Shown: positions 1-7,839 of the stretch, piece by piece
How the letters are laid out: each line of letters begins with the position of its first letter
Numbering within the stretch: the stretch's first letter is position 1
Assembly: GCA_964479955.1 (NCBI GenBank)
Contig: CAYZNK010000002.1
Location: 7,489-71,488 of the forward strand
Direction of reading: 5' to 3'
DNA length: 64,000 bases
From: an uncultured Candidatus Saccharibacteria bacterium
GTDB lineage: Bacteria; Patescibacteriota; Minisyncoccia; Minisyncoccales; Staskawiczbacteraceae
Made by a program: the position numbers and the translations under genes
The notes under the pieces: model-generated
Databases searched by the model: none
What the model saw: only the letters and a program-made list of their open reading frames with translations
What the model was told of the DNA's origin: nothing

Positions 1-729
1 GTTTCTGTTATTCACGCTTCAAACGAAATTGGCACAATTCAAAAAATAGAAGAAATTGGAAAAATATGCAAAGATGCGGGAGTTTATTTTCATACTGATG
101 CAACACAGTCTTTTGGAAAAATACCCATTGATGTTAAAAAAATGAATATTGATTTGCTGACTGCCTCGTCCCACAAAATTTACGGGCCAAAGGGGGTTGG
201 AATGCTGTTTGTTAAAAAGGGAACAGTCATCCAGCCTATTTTGCACGGCGGAGGGCAGGAAGGGGGGTTAAGAGGGTCAACTGTCAATGTTGCAGGAATA
301 GTGGGGTTTGCCAAAGCAGCTGAGCTTTGTAGCAAAGAAATAAAATCAGAAAGCAAAAGGCTGAAAATTTTAAGAGATAAGTTAATAAAAGAAGTTTTAA
401 AAATAAAAAATTCAAGGCTGAACGGCCACCCAAAAAACAGGCTGGCAAATAATGCAAATTTTTCTTTTGACTTTGTTGAGGGAGAATCTTTGCTGATGCA
501 ACTGGATATGCAGGGTATAGCATGCTCTACAGGGTCTGCGTGTTCTTCTTTTAATCTTGAGCCAAGCCATGTTTTGCTGGCAACAGGATTAAGGCCGGAA
601 CAAGCCCATGGCTCTTTAAGGGTTTCTTTAGGCAGGTTTACAACAAAAAAAGAAATTGAAAAAATAATCAAAGTTTTGCCTGGAATAATTGAAAAAATAA
701 GGTCAATGTCGCCGTTTAAATGCCAATAA
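1..729 (+). CDS. iscS: cysteine desulfurase, NifS/IscS family (5' end outside window)
   Basis: Frame 1 is open from nt 1. Translation has HTDATQSFGK, SSHKIYGPKGVG (PLP-Lys motif) and CSTGSACSS (catalytic Cys loop). Confidence 0.9.
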   Translation, partial: VSVIHASNEIGTIQKIEEIGKICKDAGVYFHTDATQSFGKIPIDVKKMNIDLLTASSHKIYGPKGVGMLFVKKGTVIQPILHGGGQEGGLRGSTVNVAGIVGFAKAAELCSKEIKSESKRLKILRDKLIKEVLKIKNSRLNGHPKNRLANNANFSFDFVEGESLLMQLDMQGIACSTGSACSSFNLEPSHVLLATGLRPEQAHGSLRVSLGRFTTKKEIEKIIKVLPGIIEKIRSMSPFKCQ

Positions 730-739
730 TTTTAATAAT

Positions 740-1267
740 ATGCCAAAAAATAATATAAAAAACAAAAAATGCCCCAGGATTAATGCGTGTTCTGCTTTAT
801 ATACCCCAAAAGTTATGGAGGCTTTTAAAAATCCGCATAATTACGGAAAAATGGAAAATGCGGACGGAATTGGAAAAGTTGGGAATATTGTTTGCGGAGA
901 TGTGATGTGGCTTTATATAAAAGTTGCAGATTCAAAAAAGGGAAAAATAATAAAAGATATAAAATTTGAAACTTTTGGATGCGTTGCGGCAATTTCCACA
1001 AGCTCAATGATAACTGATTTGGCAAAGGGGAAAACAATATCAGAGGCGCTTAAAATAAAAAAAGACGATATTATCAAAAAACTGGGGGGGTTGCCGTCTG
1101 TAAAATACCATTGTTCTGTTTTAGCGGTTGATGCTTTGACTGAAGCGATTTATGATTATTTTTTAAAAAGCAAAAAAGATGCGCCAGAAGATTTGCAGAA
1201 AAAACACGAAAAAATTCAAAAAGAAAAGGAAATAATAGAAAAAAGATACAAAAACTGGTCAAAATAG
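740..1267 (+). CDS. iscU: Fe-S cluster scaffold protein, IscU/NifU N-terminal-domain type
   Basis: Three scaffold Cys contexts are present (VCGDVM, FGCVAAI, KYHCSVLA), and it lies directly after the desulfurase. Confidence 0.88.
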   Translation: MPKNNIKNKKCPRINACSALYTPKVMEAFKNPHNYGKMENADGIGKVGNIVCGDVMWLYIKVADSKKGKIIKDIKFETFGCVAAISTSSMITDLAKGKTISEALKIKKDDIIKKLGGLPSVKYHCSVLAVDALTEAIYDYFLKSKKDAPEDLQKKHEKIQKEKEIIEKRYKNWSK

Positions 1268-1268
1268 T

Positions 1269-1293
1269 CATTGGGGTGTCGGACCTCCCAATA
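1269..1293. repeat. REP hairpin (GGGG class, one stem mismatch)
   Basis: cattggggtgtcggacctcccaat shares the gtcggac core with the other REP copies. Confidence 0.8.
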
Positions 1294-1332
1294 TTTTGGT
1301 TTTTGTTCTTTTAAAATTAAAAATATTTGCAG

Positions 1333-1388
1333 ACGCGTTGTTTGGAGTGTACCCGGGTACATTCCAAGGTATGCTCTAAACAACGCGT
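1333..1388 (+). other. nested palindromes (possible operator or structured RNA) upstream of the cassette promoter
   Basis: ACGCGTTGTTT (1333-1343) pairs with AAACAACGCGT (1378-1388). This encloses the perfect 14-nt palindrome tgtacccgggtaca (1348-1361). Confidence 0.4.
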
Positions 1389-1408
1389 TGCAACGGAAGT
1401 TTGTGTTA

Positions 1409-1437
1409 TTGACAGAACAATGTTTATTTGTTAATAT
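1409..1437 (+). promoter_or_regulatory. sigma70-type promoter of cassette gene 1536-2177
   Basis: TTGACA, 17-nt spacer, TAATAT. Confidence 0.6.
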
Positions 1438-1535
1438 AAAAATACAAATTACGGCGCTGTGCCGCAATTTTTGTTTTTTAAGCAAGGGTTGTTGGGCTTT
1501 ATGCAAAACAGCTAAAACCAAAAGGAGAGTCCGTT

Positions 1536-2177
1536 TTGATGACAAAAACGAGAGTAAGAGTGAGAAGAACCGGTCAAGAGATTTTTGACAATGTTATTGA
1601 CTTTCTAAGGAAGTCGGTTTGCGAGACGGAGGATTCCCGTCTCTCGGTGAGATTGGCTGCAGCTATTGCCAGTTGCACAAAAGAGAAGAGAGATATCGAC
1701 TTGGCTATTTCTTTGGCTTCAGAACACGATAGTCGTAGTCTACGGGCTGAAATGATGGCAATTGTTGCTAAAACTTTGGCAGAGGGCCTTCATTTGGACG
1801 AGGCGCGTGGCATTGCTTACGATATGAAAGGGCTTGATAGATATTGGATAGCTGAAGCCTGGATCTGGATAGCAAGATTTTCTGGTCAAAAAGCAGATGA
1901 AGAAAAATCCAGAGAGGCAATATCGCACATCAACACGCCGGCTTTGAGAAATGAAGCAAGGGAAGATTTAAAACTCTTGCTTCGGCGCCACCAGCACACA
2001 GGCATCCAAAAAGACAAAAAGCATTTGTCTGACCTGCAGACTTTGCGGGTCGTTCTTTCTAAACTGAAAGTCATGGAGGAAGACAGCCATGTCATATCTA
2101 CTAAAGTCACTAGCGTTTATTTGCGCTTTATGGCAGACGGGATTATCGGCATGATTTTTGCCGATGCAATGAAATAG
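1536..2177 (+). CDS. hypothetical all-helical protein (higher-GC, SD-led cassette A)
   Basis: ORF is preceded by AGGAG at 1523-1527 (TTG 1536 / ATG 1539). It has its own promoter and terminator. I recognise no family. Confidence 0.7.
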   Translation: MMTKTRVRVRRTGQEIFDNVIDFLRKSVCETEDSRLSVRLAAAIASCTKEKRDIDLAISLASEHDSRSLRAEMMAIVAKTLAEGLHLDEARGIAYDMKGLDRYWIAEAWIWIARFSGQKADEEKSREAISHINTPALRNEAREDLKLLLRRHQHTGIQKDKKHLSDLQTLRVVLSKLKVMEEDSHVISTKVTSVYLRFMADGIIGMIFADAMK

Positions 2178-2209
2178 CACACCAGGCCCCTGAAAACGGG
2201 GCAAATCAT

Positions 2210-2246
2210 AGCCGGAGAGTTTAATCTTTTCGGCTTGTTTTTTTGA
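2210..2246 (+). terminator. rho-independent terminator
   Basis: agccg...cggct hairpin followed by tgttttttt. Confidence 0.7.
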
Positions 2247-2272
2247 ATTTTTAGGGGTAAATTAAATATTAA

Positions 2273-3355
2273 ATGGAAAAGAAAAATAAAAAAATAAAAG
2301 TAATTGTGGCAATGTCGGGCGGGGTTGACAGTTCGGTTTCGGCACTTTTATTAAAAGAAGCCGGTTTTTCTGTTACAGGGATTATGGGGAAATTTTGGCA
2401 AGAAAAGAATAATAAATTTAGCAAATCAGAGAAAATGGCAAAACAGGTTGCCAAAAAAATCGGTGTTCCGTTTTATACTGTTAACTTTGAAAAAGAATTT
2501 AAGGAAAAAGTTGTTGATTATTTTTTAAGCGATTACAGGCGGGGGAACACCCCAAATCCCTGCGTTGTATGCAACAAAGAAATAAAATTTGGATTGTTGC
2601 TTAAAAAAGCAATAGAAATGGGTGCTGATTTTTTGGCAACAGGACACTACTCCCGCCTGCAGCGGGAAATCCTAAATCCTAAATTCCAAACTCCAAGTAA
2701 ATACAGAATAAAATTATTTAAAGGAAAAGATAAGGCAAAAGACCAGTCGTATTTTTTGTGGCAGTTAAGTCAAAGCCAATTAAAAAATGTTTTGTTTCCT
2801 GTTGGAAATTATACAAAGCCGGAAGTCAGGAGTTTGGCAAAGAAATTTGATTTGCCCGTTGCAGAAACTCCGGAGTCCCAGGAGGTTTGTTTTGTTGATG
2901 GCCCAACAAGCAATTTTTTAAAAAAATATTTAAAAATAAAACCCGGAAAAATCGTTGACATTAAGGGAAACCTAATAGGACAACATAATGGGTTGTGGTT
3001 TTATACAATAGGGCAGAGAAGAGGTCTTGGCATACCGCAGGGGCCATGGTTTGTTGTTGAAAAAGATTTCAAAAAAAATACTTTAATTGTTTCCAAGAAT
3101 AAAAAAGACCTGCTAAAAAAAGAATTTATTGCCAAAAGCATTAACTGGATATCTCCGCAGAATTTGCCGATAAATGCCAAAGTGAAAATAAGGTATAAAA
3201 GCAACTTCGCAGAAGCTAAAATTTTAAAACACACAAAAAACAGCGTTAAAGTTATTTTTAAAACTCCGCAAAAAGCAATAACTCCGGGTCAATCGGCAGT
3301 TTTTTACAAAGGCAAAGAATTGTTGGGCGGAGGAGTTATCGTTGACAGCAAATAA
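2273..3355 (+). CDS. mnmA: tRNA-specific 2-thiouridylase MnmA
   Basis: PP-loop SGGVDSSV, NPCVVCN, DQSYFL and FYKG..LLGGG motifs; 360 aa. Confidence 0.93.
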   Translation: MEKKNKKIKVIVAMSGGVDSSVSALLLKEAGFSVTGIMGKFWQEKNNKFSKSEKMAKQVAKKIGVPFYTVNFEKEFKEKVVDYFLSDYRRGNTPNPCVVCNKEIKFGLLLKKAIEMGADFLATGHYSRLQREILNPKFQTPSKYRIKLFKGKDKAKDQSYFLWQLSQSQLKNVLFPVGNYTKPEVRSLAKKFDLPVAETPESQEVCFVDGPTSNFLKKYLKIKPGKIVDIKGNLIGQHNGLWFYTIGQRRGLGIPQGPWFVVEKDFKKNTLIVSKNKKDLLKKEFIAKSINWISPQNLPINAKVKIRYKSNFAEAKILKHTKNSVKVIFKTPQKAITPGQSAVFYKGKELLGGGVIVDSK

Positions 3356-3383
3356 TCTTTATGTTAGTTTAATTTATTGTTTT

Positions 3384-3412
3384 TTGAAAATCCAAAGTTT
3401 GCTCAAGATAAA
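3384..3412 (+). promoter_or_regulatory. candidate promoter of cassette B
   Basis: TTGAAA, 17-nt spacer, GATAAA. Confidence 0.45.
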
Positions 3413-3424
3413 TGGAGGTCAAAG

Positions 3425-3997
3425 ATGAAGGTTTTTACTACTGGCCAGGTCGCCAAGATTTGCAAAGTAGCTCCGATTACCGTGAGCAGGTGGTTTGACT
3501 CGGGGCGTCTGAAGGGATACCGTATCCCATACTCCCAGGACCGTCGTATTCCGCGAGAGTATTTGATCAAGTTTCTCAAGGAACAGGGAATGCCCTTGGG
3601 AGACCTTGAAGACGATGGGATGGCTAAAGTGCTCATCGTGGCCCAAGACAAAGTTCTTATTGAGAACCTGAAACGTAAGATGCCGGTAGAGCGGTCGTTC
3701 AGAGTCGCTGTTGCTTCGAGCGGTTTTGATGCTGGAATTCAGGCGGAAAGTTTTCACCCGGATTGCGTTATTGTTGACTTTTGCATTGGCAGAACCGAAG
3801 CTCTGCAGATTTGTCAAAACCTGCGAAAAAACAGCGAGTTTACCGAGGTGATCTTGATCGCCTTACTGCCCGATGACGGAGAAACAATAAGTTTTGGTTG
3901 CACAGCAGTCAGAGAGGCTTTCAGGATGCCATTAAACGTGGCGTTGTGTGCCCAACGGATTCGCACGCTTGTTGGAGCAAAAAAAGAACTGTTCTAA
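3425..3997 (+). CDS. DNA-binding protein: N-terminal excisionase/MerR-type HTH fused to a degenerate receiver (REC) domain (cassette B)
   Basis: GGAGG at 3414-3418 lies 6 nt before ATG 3425. TTGQVAKICKVAPITVSRWFDSGRL is the HTH. KVLIVAQD...DCVIVDFCIG...VILIALL...FRMPL is REC-like, with the Asp retained but the DD pair and Lys altered. Confidence 0.75.
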   Translation: MKVFTTGQVAKICKVAPITVSRWFDSGRLKGYRIPYSQDRRIPREYLIKFLKEQGMPLGDLEDDGMAKVLIVAQDKVLIENLKRKMPVERSFRVAVASSGFDAGIQAESFHPDCVIVDFCIGRTEALQICQNLRKNSEFTEVILIALLPDDGETISFGCTAVREAFRMPLNVALCAQRIRTLVGAKKELF

Positions 3998-4030
3998 AAT
4001 CCTAATATCGGGGAATTGGTAGAGGATAAT

Positions 4031-4059
4031 GGGGGTTTAAAATTTACCCCCTTTTTTTT
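4031..4059 (+). terminator. rho-independent terminator
   Basis: ggggg-tttaaaattta-ccccc followed by T8. Confidence 0.8.
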
Positions 4060-4091
4060 GCAATAAATATAATTTTTGGTAAAATAATATT

Positions 4092-4292
4092 ATGAAAATT
4101 ACAGCAAAAACAACATTGGCAAAAATTTTGGAAACAAAAGGAGCCAATAAAATTTTAAAAAAATACGGAGTGCCGTGCTTGTCGTGTCCCATGGCGGCTT
4201 TTGAATTGGAAAAATTGCAAATAGGCCAGGTGTGCAAAATGTATGGCCTGCAAGAAAAAGAAATTTTAAAAGAACTCAATCTCCTAAAATAA
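4092..4292 (+). CDS. small DUF1858-type (redox-disulfide) domain protein
   Basis: 66 aa with a GVPCLSCPMA motif typical of the hybrid-cluster-protein-associated redox disulfide domain. Composition is host-like. Confidence 0.7.
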   Translation: MKITAKTTLAKILETKGANKILKKYGVPCLSCPMAAFELEKLQIGQVCKMYGLQEKEILKELNLLK

Positions 4293-4301
4293 CCCCAGAT
4301 A

Positions 4302-4330
4302 GTCATTGCGGTTCCTGACACCCCAATGAC
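4302..4330. repeat. REP hairpin, chimeric arms (GCGG left / GGGG right)
   Basis: gtcattgcggttcctgacaccccaatgac. Confidence 0.7.
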
Positions 4331-4337
4331 TAATGTA

Positions 4338-4367
4338 ATAAAAAACCGGAACGTATATATGCTCCGG
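4338..4367 (-). terminator. rho-independent terminator of the GNAT gene
   Basis: Minus strand reads ccggagcatatatacgttccgg followed by ttttttatt. Confidence 0.7.
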
Positions 4368-4408
4368 TATTGGGGTTGGTGTCATCTTTGCTGGGATTAG
4401 ATTGAGGA

Positions 4409-4900
4409 CTAATTAATTGTATATCCCATATAGCACACAGGACACGCAGAACCAGGCGTTTTTTTACCAGGCGGATTGTCTGGTTGGTCAAGAAATACGG
4501 AGATATTAACGCAACTGTTTCTTTCTAAGAAGGGCACAGCACTGTCGTTTGTTTCTCGGACCAAAAATAGAATACCCTTTTTCTCGTTGGGTAATAATCT
4601 TGCAAGAATTTTTTCAAACATCTGCGTGCCAACGCCACGGCGTCGCATCTCAGGGGCAGTGGCGAAGTTTAATACGTTAATACGATTCTTGTATAGATCG
4701 TAAATCACGAAACCGATAACCCGGCCGTCGTACTCGGCAATTATACCAAAGCAGTTGCGTTGGCGAAGACAATGGATAAAGTCGTCTTCTGACCAAGGAA
4801 ATTCAAAGCTAGCGGCTTCAATTGCCAGAACTTCTTGCAAGTCACACCGCATTATCCAGCGAATAGTAGTTTTCAACAAACATTCTTGATCAACTGACAT
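4409..4900 (-). CDS. GNAT family N-acetyltransferase, RimI-like (cassette C)
   Basis: AAGGA at 4912-4908 lies 7 nt before ATG 4900. LAIEAASFEFPWSEDDF...RRRGVGTQMFEKILARL is the acetyl-CoA-binding motif. The track start at 4954 is rejected. Confidence 0.82.
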   Translation of the reverse strand: MSVDQECLLKTTIRWIMRCDLQEVLAIEAASFEFPWSEDDFIHCLRQRNCFGIIAEYDGRVIGFVIYDLYKNRINVLNFATAPEMRRRGVGTQMFEKILARLLPNEKKGILFLVRETNDSAVPFLERNSCVNISVFLDQPDNPPGKKTPGSACPVCYMGYTIN

Positions 4901-5052
4901 GATGTTTTCCTTATTTTCAAAGAGCCGACCGTAAAGAACAAAAACTATATTCAAGATAATTCCAAAAATAATTCTGTGTCAAGAGATGTTGATTCAAAAA
5001 ATAAATGTGGTAAAATAATAATTAGATAGTCCGCCAATCGGCGGAAAAAATT

Positions 5053-5493
5053 ATGCGAAAAAATAAAAAAATAATTTTGTTCGTTGCAATTTTAATTGTA
5101 ATTTTTGTTATTGCCATTATGGTTTTTGGCTGGCAGAAAAACGGTAACGAAAATCCGCAGGTAATAAACAATGGCACTGAAGGGATAATTTTGTTTTACG
5201 GACAGGAATGCCCGCATTGCAAGGATTTGGAAGAATGGATAAAAAACAATAAAATAAAAGAAAAAATAAGTTTTACTGAGCTTGAAGTTTATCATAACGA
5301 GGAAAACCAAAACTTGATTATGGAAAAAGCGCGCATTTGTGATTTAGATGAAAGCAGTATCGGAGTCCCATTTTTATGGACAGGAGAAACATGTTTGATA
5401 GGAGGGGAGCCCATTCAGCAATTTTTTCAAAACAATATAAGAAGCCAAGAAAACGCAAGTGAAAATTTACAGATAAATGAGGCCAATCAATAA
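5053..5493 (+). CDS. membrane-anchored thioredoxin-fold protein (CPHC)
   Basis: N-terminal TM helix followed by ILFYGQECPHCKDLEEWI. Confidence 0.75.
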   Translation: MRKNKKIILFVAILIVIFVIAIMVFGWQKNGNENPQVINNGTEGIILFYGQECPHCKDLEEWIKNNKIKEKISFTELEVYHNEENQNLIMEKARICDLDESSIGVPFLWTGETCLIGGEPIQQFFQNNIRSQENASENLQINEANQ

Positions 5494-5992
5494 AAAAACT
5501 TTAATACTATTTTTATCGCTATTTTCTATTTTTGCTTTTGAGGTAAAAGCAGTTTGTCCTGTTTGCGTTGTGGCTGTAGGTTCGGGGGTTGGATTGTGCA
5601 GATGGTTGGGAATTGACGACGCAATAACCGGCCTTTGGATTGGCGGATTAACGGTTGCTGTTATAATGTGGTTTTTAGACTGGTTGGCAAAAAGAAATAT
5701 AAATTTTAAATTCAAAGATATTTTAGTTTGGATTTCTTTTTATGTTTTTGTTCTTTTGCCGCTTTATTCTTTTAACATAATAGGGCATCCTTTTAATAAG
5801 GTTTGGGGAATAGACAAGCTTTTGTTTGGAATAGTTTTGGGAAGCTTTGTGTTCTTATTTTCAACATTTTTAAACGGTTTTTTAAAGAGAAAAAATAACG
5901 GAAAAGTTTTTTTCCCCTATCAAAAAGTGGTTGTTCCGGTTTTATTGCTTTTGCTTTTAAGTCTTGTTTTTTATATCATTGAAATATGTTAA
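5477..5992 (+). CDS. polytopic membrane protein with an N-terminal CPVC motif
   Basis: Signal/TM region followed by AVCPVCVVAVG and about 5 hydrophobic segments. It overlaps the upstream gene by 17 nt. Confidence 0.65.
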   Translation: MRPINKKTLILFLSLFSIFAFEVKAVCPVCVVAVGSGVGLCRWLGIDDAITGLWIGGLTVAVIMWFLDWLAKRNINFKFKDILVWISFYVFVLLPLYSFNIIGHPFNKVWGIDKLLFGIVLGSFVFLFSTFLNGFLKRKNNGKVFFPYQKVVVPVLLLLLLSLVFYIIEIC

Positions 5993-6007
5993 TCAAAAAT
6001 AAATATT

Positions 6008-6538
6008 ATGGAGGTTACAAAAGAAAAGATAGATGAGTTTATAAAAAAAGTAAATTCAAGCAAGGATAATCAGATGGATTTGTCTTCTGACGAAGATTTG
6101 TCTGTTGCAATAATGAATTTAATTTCTATTGAAGAACATTTCTTTTTTACGGGGGCAAAACTCCAAAAACCAGAATATTTTGATTTGCTTAATACTGCAA
6201 GGGAAATGAGAAAAGACCTTTTAAAAAGGATTATCAAAGACCCGGAAGGGGAAGTTTGGTGTATTTCAAAGCATTTGCTTGCAGCTTCAATGAGGCTTGT
6301 AGAAGTTGGCACTAAGGCCCAGGGTCAGCATAAAACGCAAGATGCAGCCGAAATGTTTAAAAAGGCATATGAACTTTACAGTTTATTTTGGGGGATTAAT
6401 CTGAATTTAGTTGGCATTGGGGAGGTAAAAAAAATTGACGAAAATCAGGTTAATAAAAAAGACGAAGACAAAAAAAACGGAATATTGGCAAAGCTTGGGC
6501 AAATGGTACAAAAAGTAATAGATTGCTGTAAAGAATAG
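6008..6538 (+). CDS. hypothetical protein
   Basis: 176-aa ORF with host-like composition. No family recognised. Confidence 0.6.
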   Translation: MEVTKEKIDEFIKKVNSSKDNQMDLSSDEDLSVAIMNLISIEEHFFFTGAKLQKPEYFDLLNTAREMRKDLLKRIIKDPEGEVWCISKHLLAASMRLVEVGTKAQGQHKTQDAAEMFKKAYELYSLFWGINLNLVGIGEVKKIDENQVNKKDEDKKNGILAKLGQMVQKVIDCCKE

Positions 6539-6574
6539 TACGCTGATTTGATTTTAATTTGAGCATTAAAAAAG

Positions 6575-6617
6575 AATTACTGAATTAGTTCAGTAATTAA
6601 TTCAGTAATTTTTTTGC
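6575..6617 (+). terminator. terminator with alternative hairpins
   Basis: aattactgaa-ttag-ttcagtaatt, then aattcagtaat followed by T7. Confidence 0.65.
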
Positions 6618-6646
6618 GTTATTTTAAAATTAAAATTTTTAGTATA

Positions 6647-6707
6647 AGCGGATATCCTTCGTTTTATAAAAACTCAGGATAAATTTATTCGCTTCACTCA
6701 TAAATTT
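6647..6707 (+). promoter_or_regulatory. start-codon-abutting conserved hairpin element, copy a
   Basis: agcggat[ATCCT tcg..ctc AGGAT]aaatttattcgcttcactcataaattt is directly followed by ATG 6708. Confidence 0.45.
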
Positions 6708-7496
6708 ATGTTTGGATTGAACAAAACAACTCCAAGATTCTGCGACCTAAGGGGAAAAGTTGCAATAATAACCGGAGCTAAACAAGGAATGGGCAAGACT
6801 CACGCTTTGCTTTTGGCAAAAGCCGGGGCAAAAGTTGTTGTTTCAGATATTTCAAAAGAAGAATGCCAGCTTGTTGTTGACGAAATTAAAAAACAAAAGG
6901 GAGAAGCAATTGCTGTAAAGTGTGATATAAGCAACAAGGCAGATGTTGACAATATGATTAAGGAAACCCTGGAAAAGTTTAAAAAAATTGATATCTTGGT
7001 AAACAATGCCGGGATTTTTCCGTTCAAGCCGTTTTTAGAACTGTCAGAAAAAGATTTTATGAAAGTGATTGATATTAATTTAAAGGGATATTTTTTGTGC
7101 TCCCAAGCAGCTGCCAAAGAAATGGCAAAACAAAAATCTGGCGCGATTGTGAATATTTCTTCAATCGCAATGGGACAGGTTGGAATGGGGTTTGCCGGAT
7201 TGACTCATTATTGCGCCTCTAAGGGCGGAGTTGTTGGAATGGCAGAGGCTATGGCCCTGGAATTGGCTCCTCTTGGAATAAGGATAAATACAATAGCTCC
7301 AGGAGCTATTGAAACACCGGGAGCTACGGGTGGGGCTGACAAAAAAGGAGATGAATCGATGGTTTCAGTTGTGCCCATGAAACGATGGGGAAAGCCGGAG
7401 GAAATTTCAAATGCAGTTTTGTTTTTGGCTTCCGATGAATCATCTTATATGACAGGCTCTGTAATGGTTGTTGACGGAGGGTGGACAGCAACTTAG
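6708..7496 (+). CDS. short-chain dehydrogenase/reductase (FabG-like)
   Basis: TGAKQGMGK Rossmann motif, NNAG, catalytic YCASKGG. Confidence 0.88.
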   Translation: MFGLNKTTPRFCDLRGKVAIITGAKQGMGKTHALLLAKAGAKVVVSDISKEECQLVVDEIKKQKGEAIAVKCDISNKADVDNMIKETLEKFKKIDILVNNAGIFPFKPFLELSEKDFMKVIDINLKGYFLCSQAAAKEMAKQKSGAIVNISSIAMGQVGMGFAGLTHYCASKGGVVGMAEAMALELAPLGIRINTIAPGAIETPGATGGADKKGDESMVSVVPMKRWGKPEEISNAVLFLASDESSYMTGSVMVVDGGWTAT

Positions 7497-7676
7497 GGAA
7501 ATTTATTCGTAAATTCCCTTGACAGGTCAGTTGGTTACGAATAAAATAGGTTAATAACTAAAATTAAATAAAATTTTTGGCACAACTGAATTCTGCCAAA
7601 TTAAAAAATTGAAATTGTAAAATTAAAACACGAAACATTTTGTATCTGTTTTAAATTTCATTTCATAAAAAATATA

Positions 7677-7838
7677 ATGCCAGAGGCATATTGCGTAAAG
7701 TGTAAAGCAAAAAGGGAAATGAACGACCCAAAAGAAGTCACAATGAATGGCAAAGGAGGAAAAAAGAGAGCTGCAATGACAGGTATCTGCCCGGTTTGCG
7801 GAACAAAAATGTTTAAGATTATGGGCCTGAAGAAATAA
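7677..7838 (+). CDS. 53-aa zinc-ribbon protein (DUF5679-like), below the ORF-track cutoff
   Basis: ATG 7677 to TAA 7836-7838. Translation is MPEAYCVKCKAKREMNDPKEVTMNGKGGKKRAAMTGICPVCGTKMFKIMGLKK. Confidence 0.65.
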   Translation: MPEAYCVKCKAKREMNDPKEVTMNGKGGKKRAAMTGICPVCGTKMFKIMGLKK

Positions 7839-7839
7839 T

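Noticed and set aside
1271-1588. ORFs 1271-1588(+), 1216-1545(-), 10669-10992(-), 28315-28497(+), 28449-28661(+) and 28554-28748(-) as genes.
   Set aside because: They run through REP hairpins, promoters or intergenic palindromes (recurrent LGCRTPQ / WGVGHPN peptides are just translated REPs). They also overlap better-supported genes.
3377-3424. The upstream-extended starts given by the ORF track for the cassette genes (3377, 4954, 26173, 29196) and for rplN (36321), rpmC (35876), rpsI (51673) and the 802-aa protein (17611).
   Set aside because: The extensions would include promoter or SD sequences, or overlap the preceding gene. Internal ATGs with proper SD spacing or orthologue-like N-termini fit better.
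6690-6710. The CTCATAAATTT-ATG motif could be the -10 box of leaderless mRNAs.
   Set aside because: The best TAnnnT-like hexamer (ATAAAT) ends only 2-3 nt before the ATG. A leaderless transcript starting at the A of ATG needs the -10 box at about -12 to -7, where the sequence is (A/G)CTCAT. The spacing does not fit.
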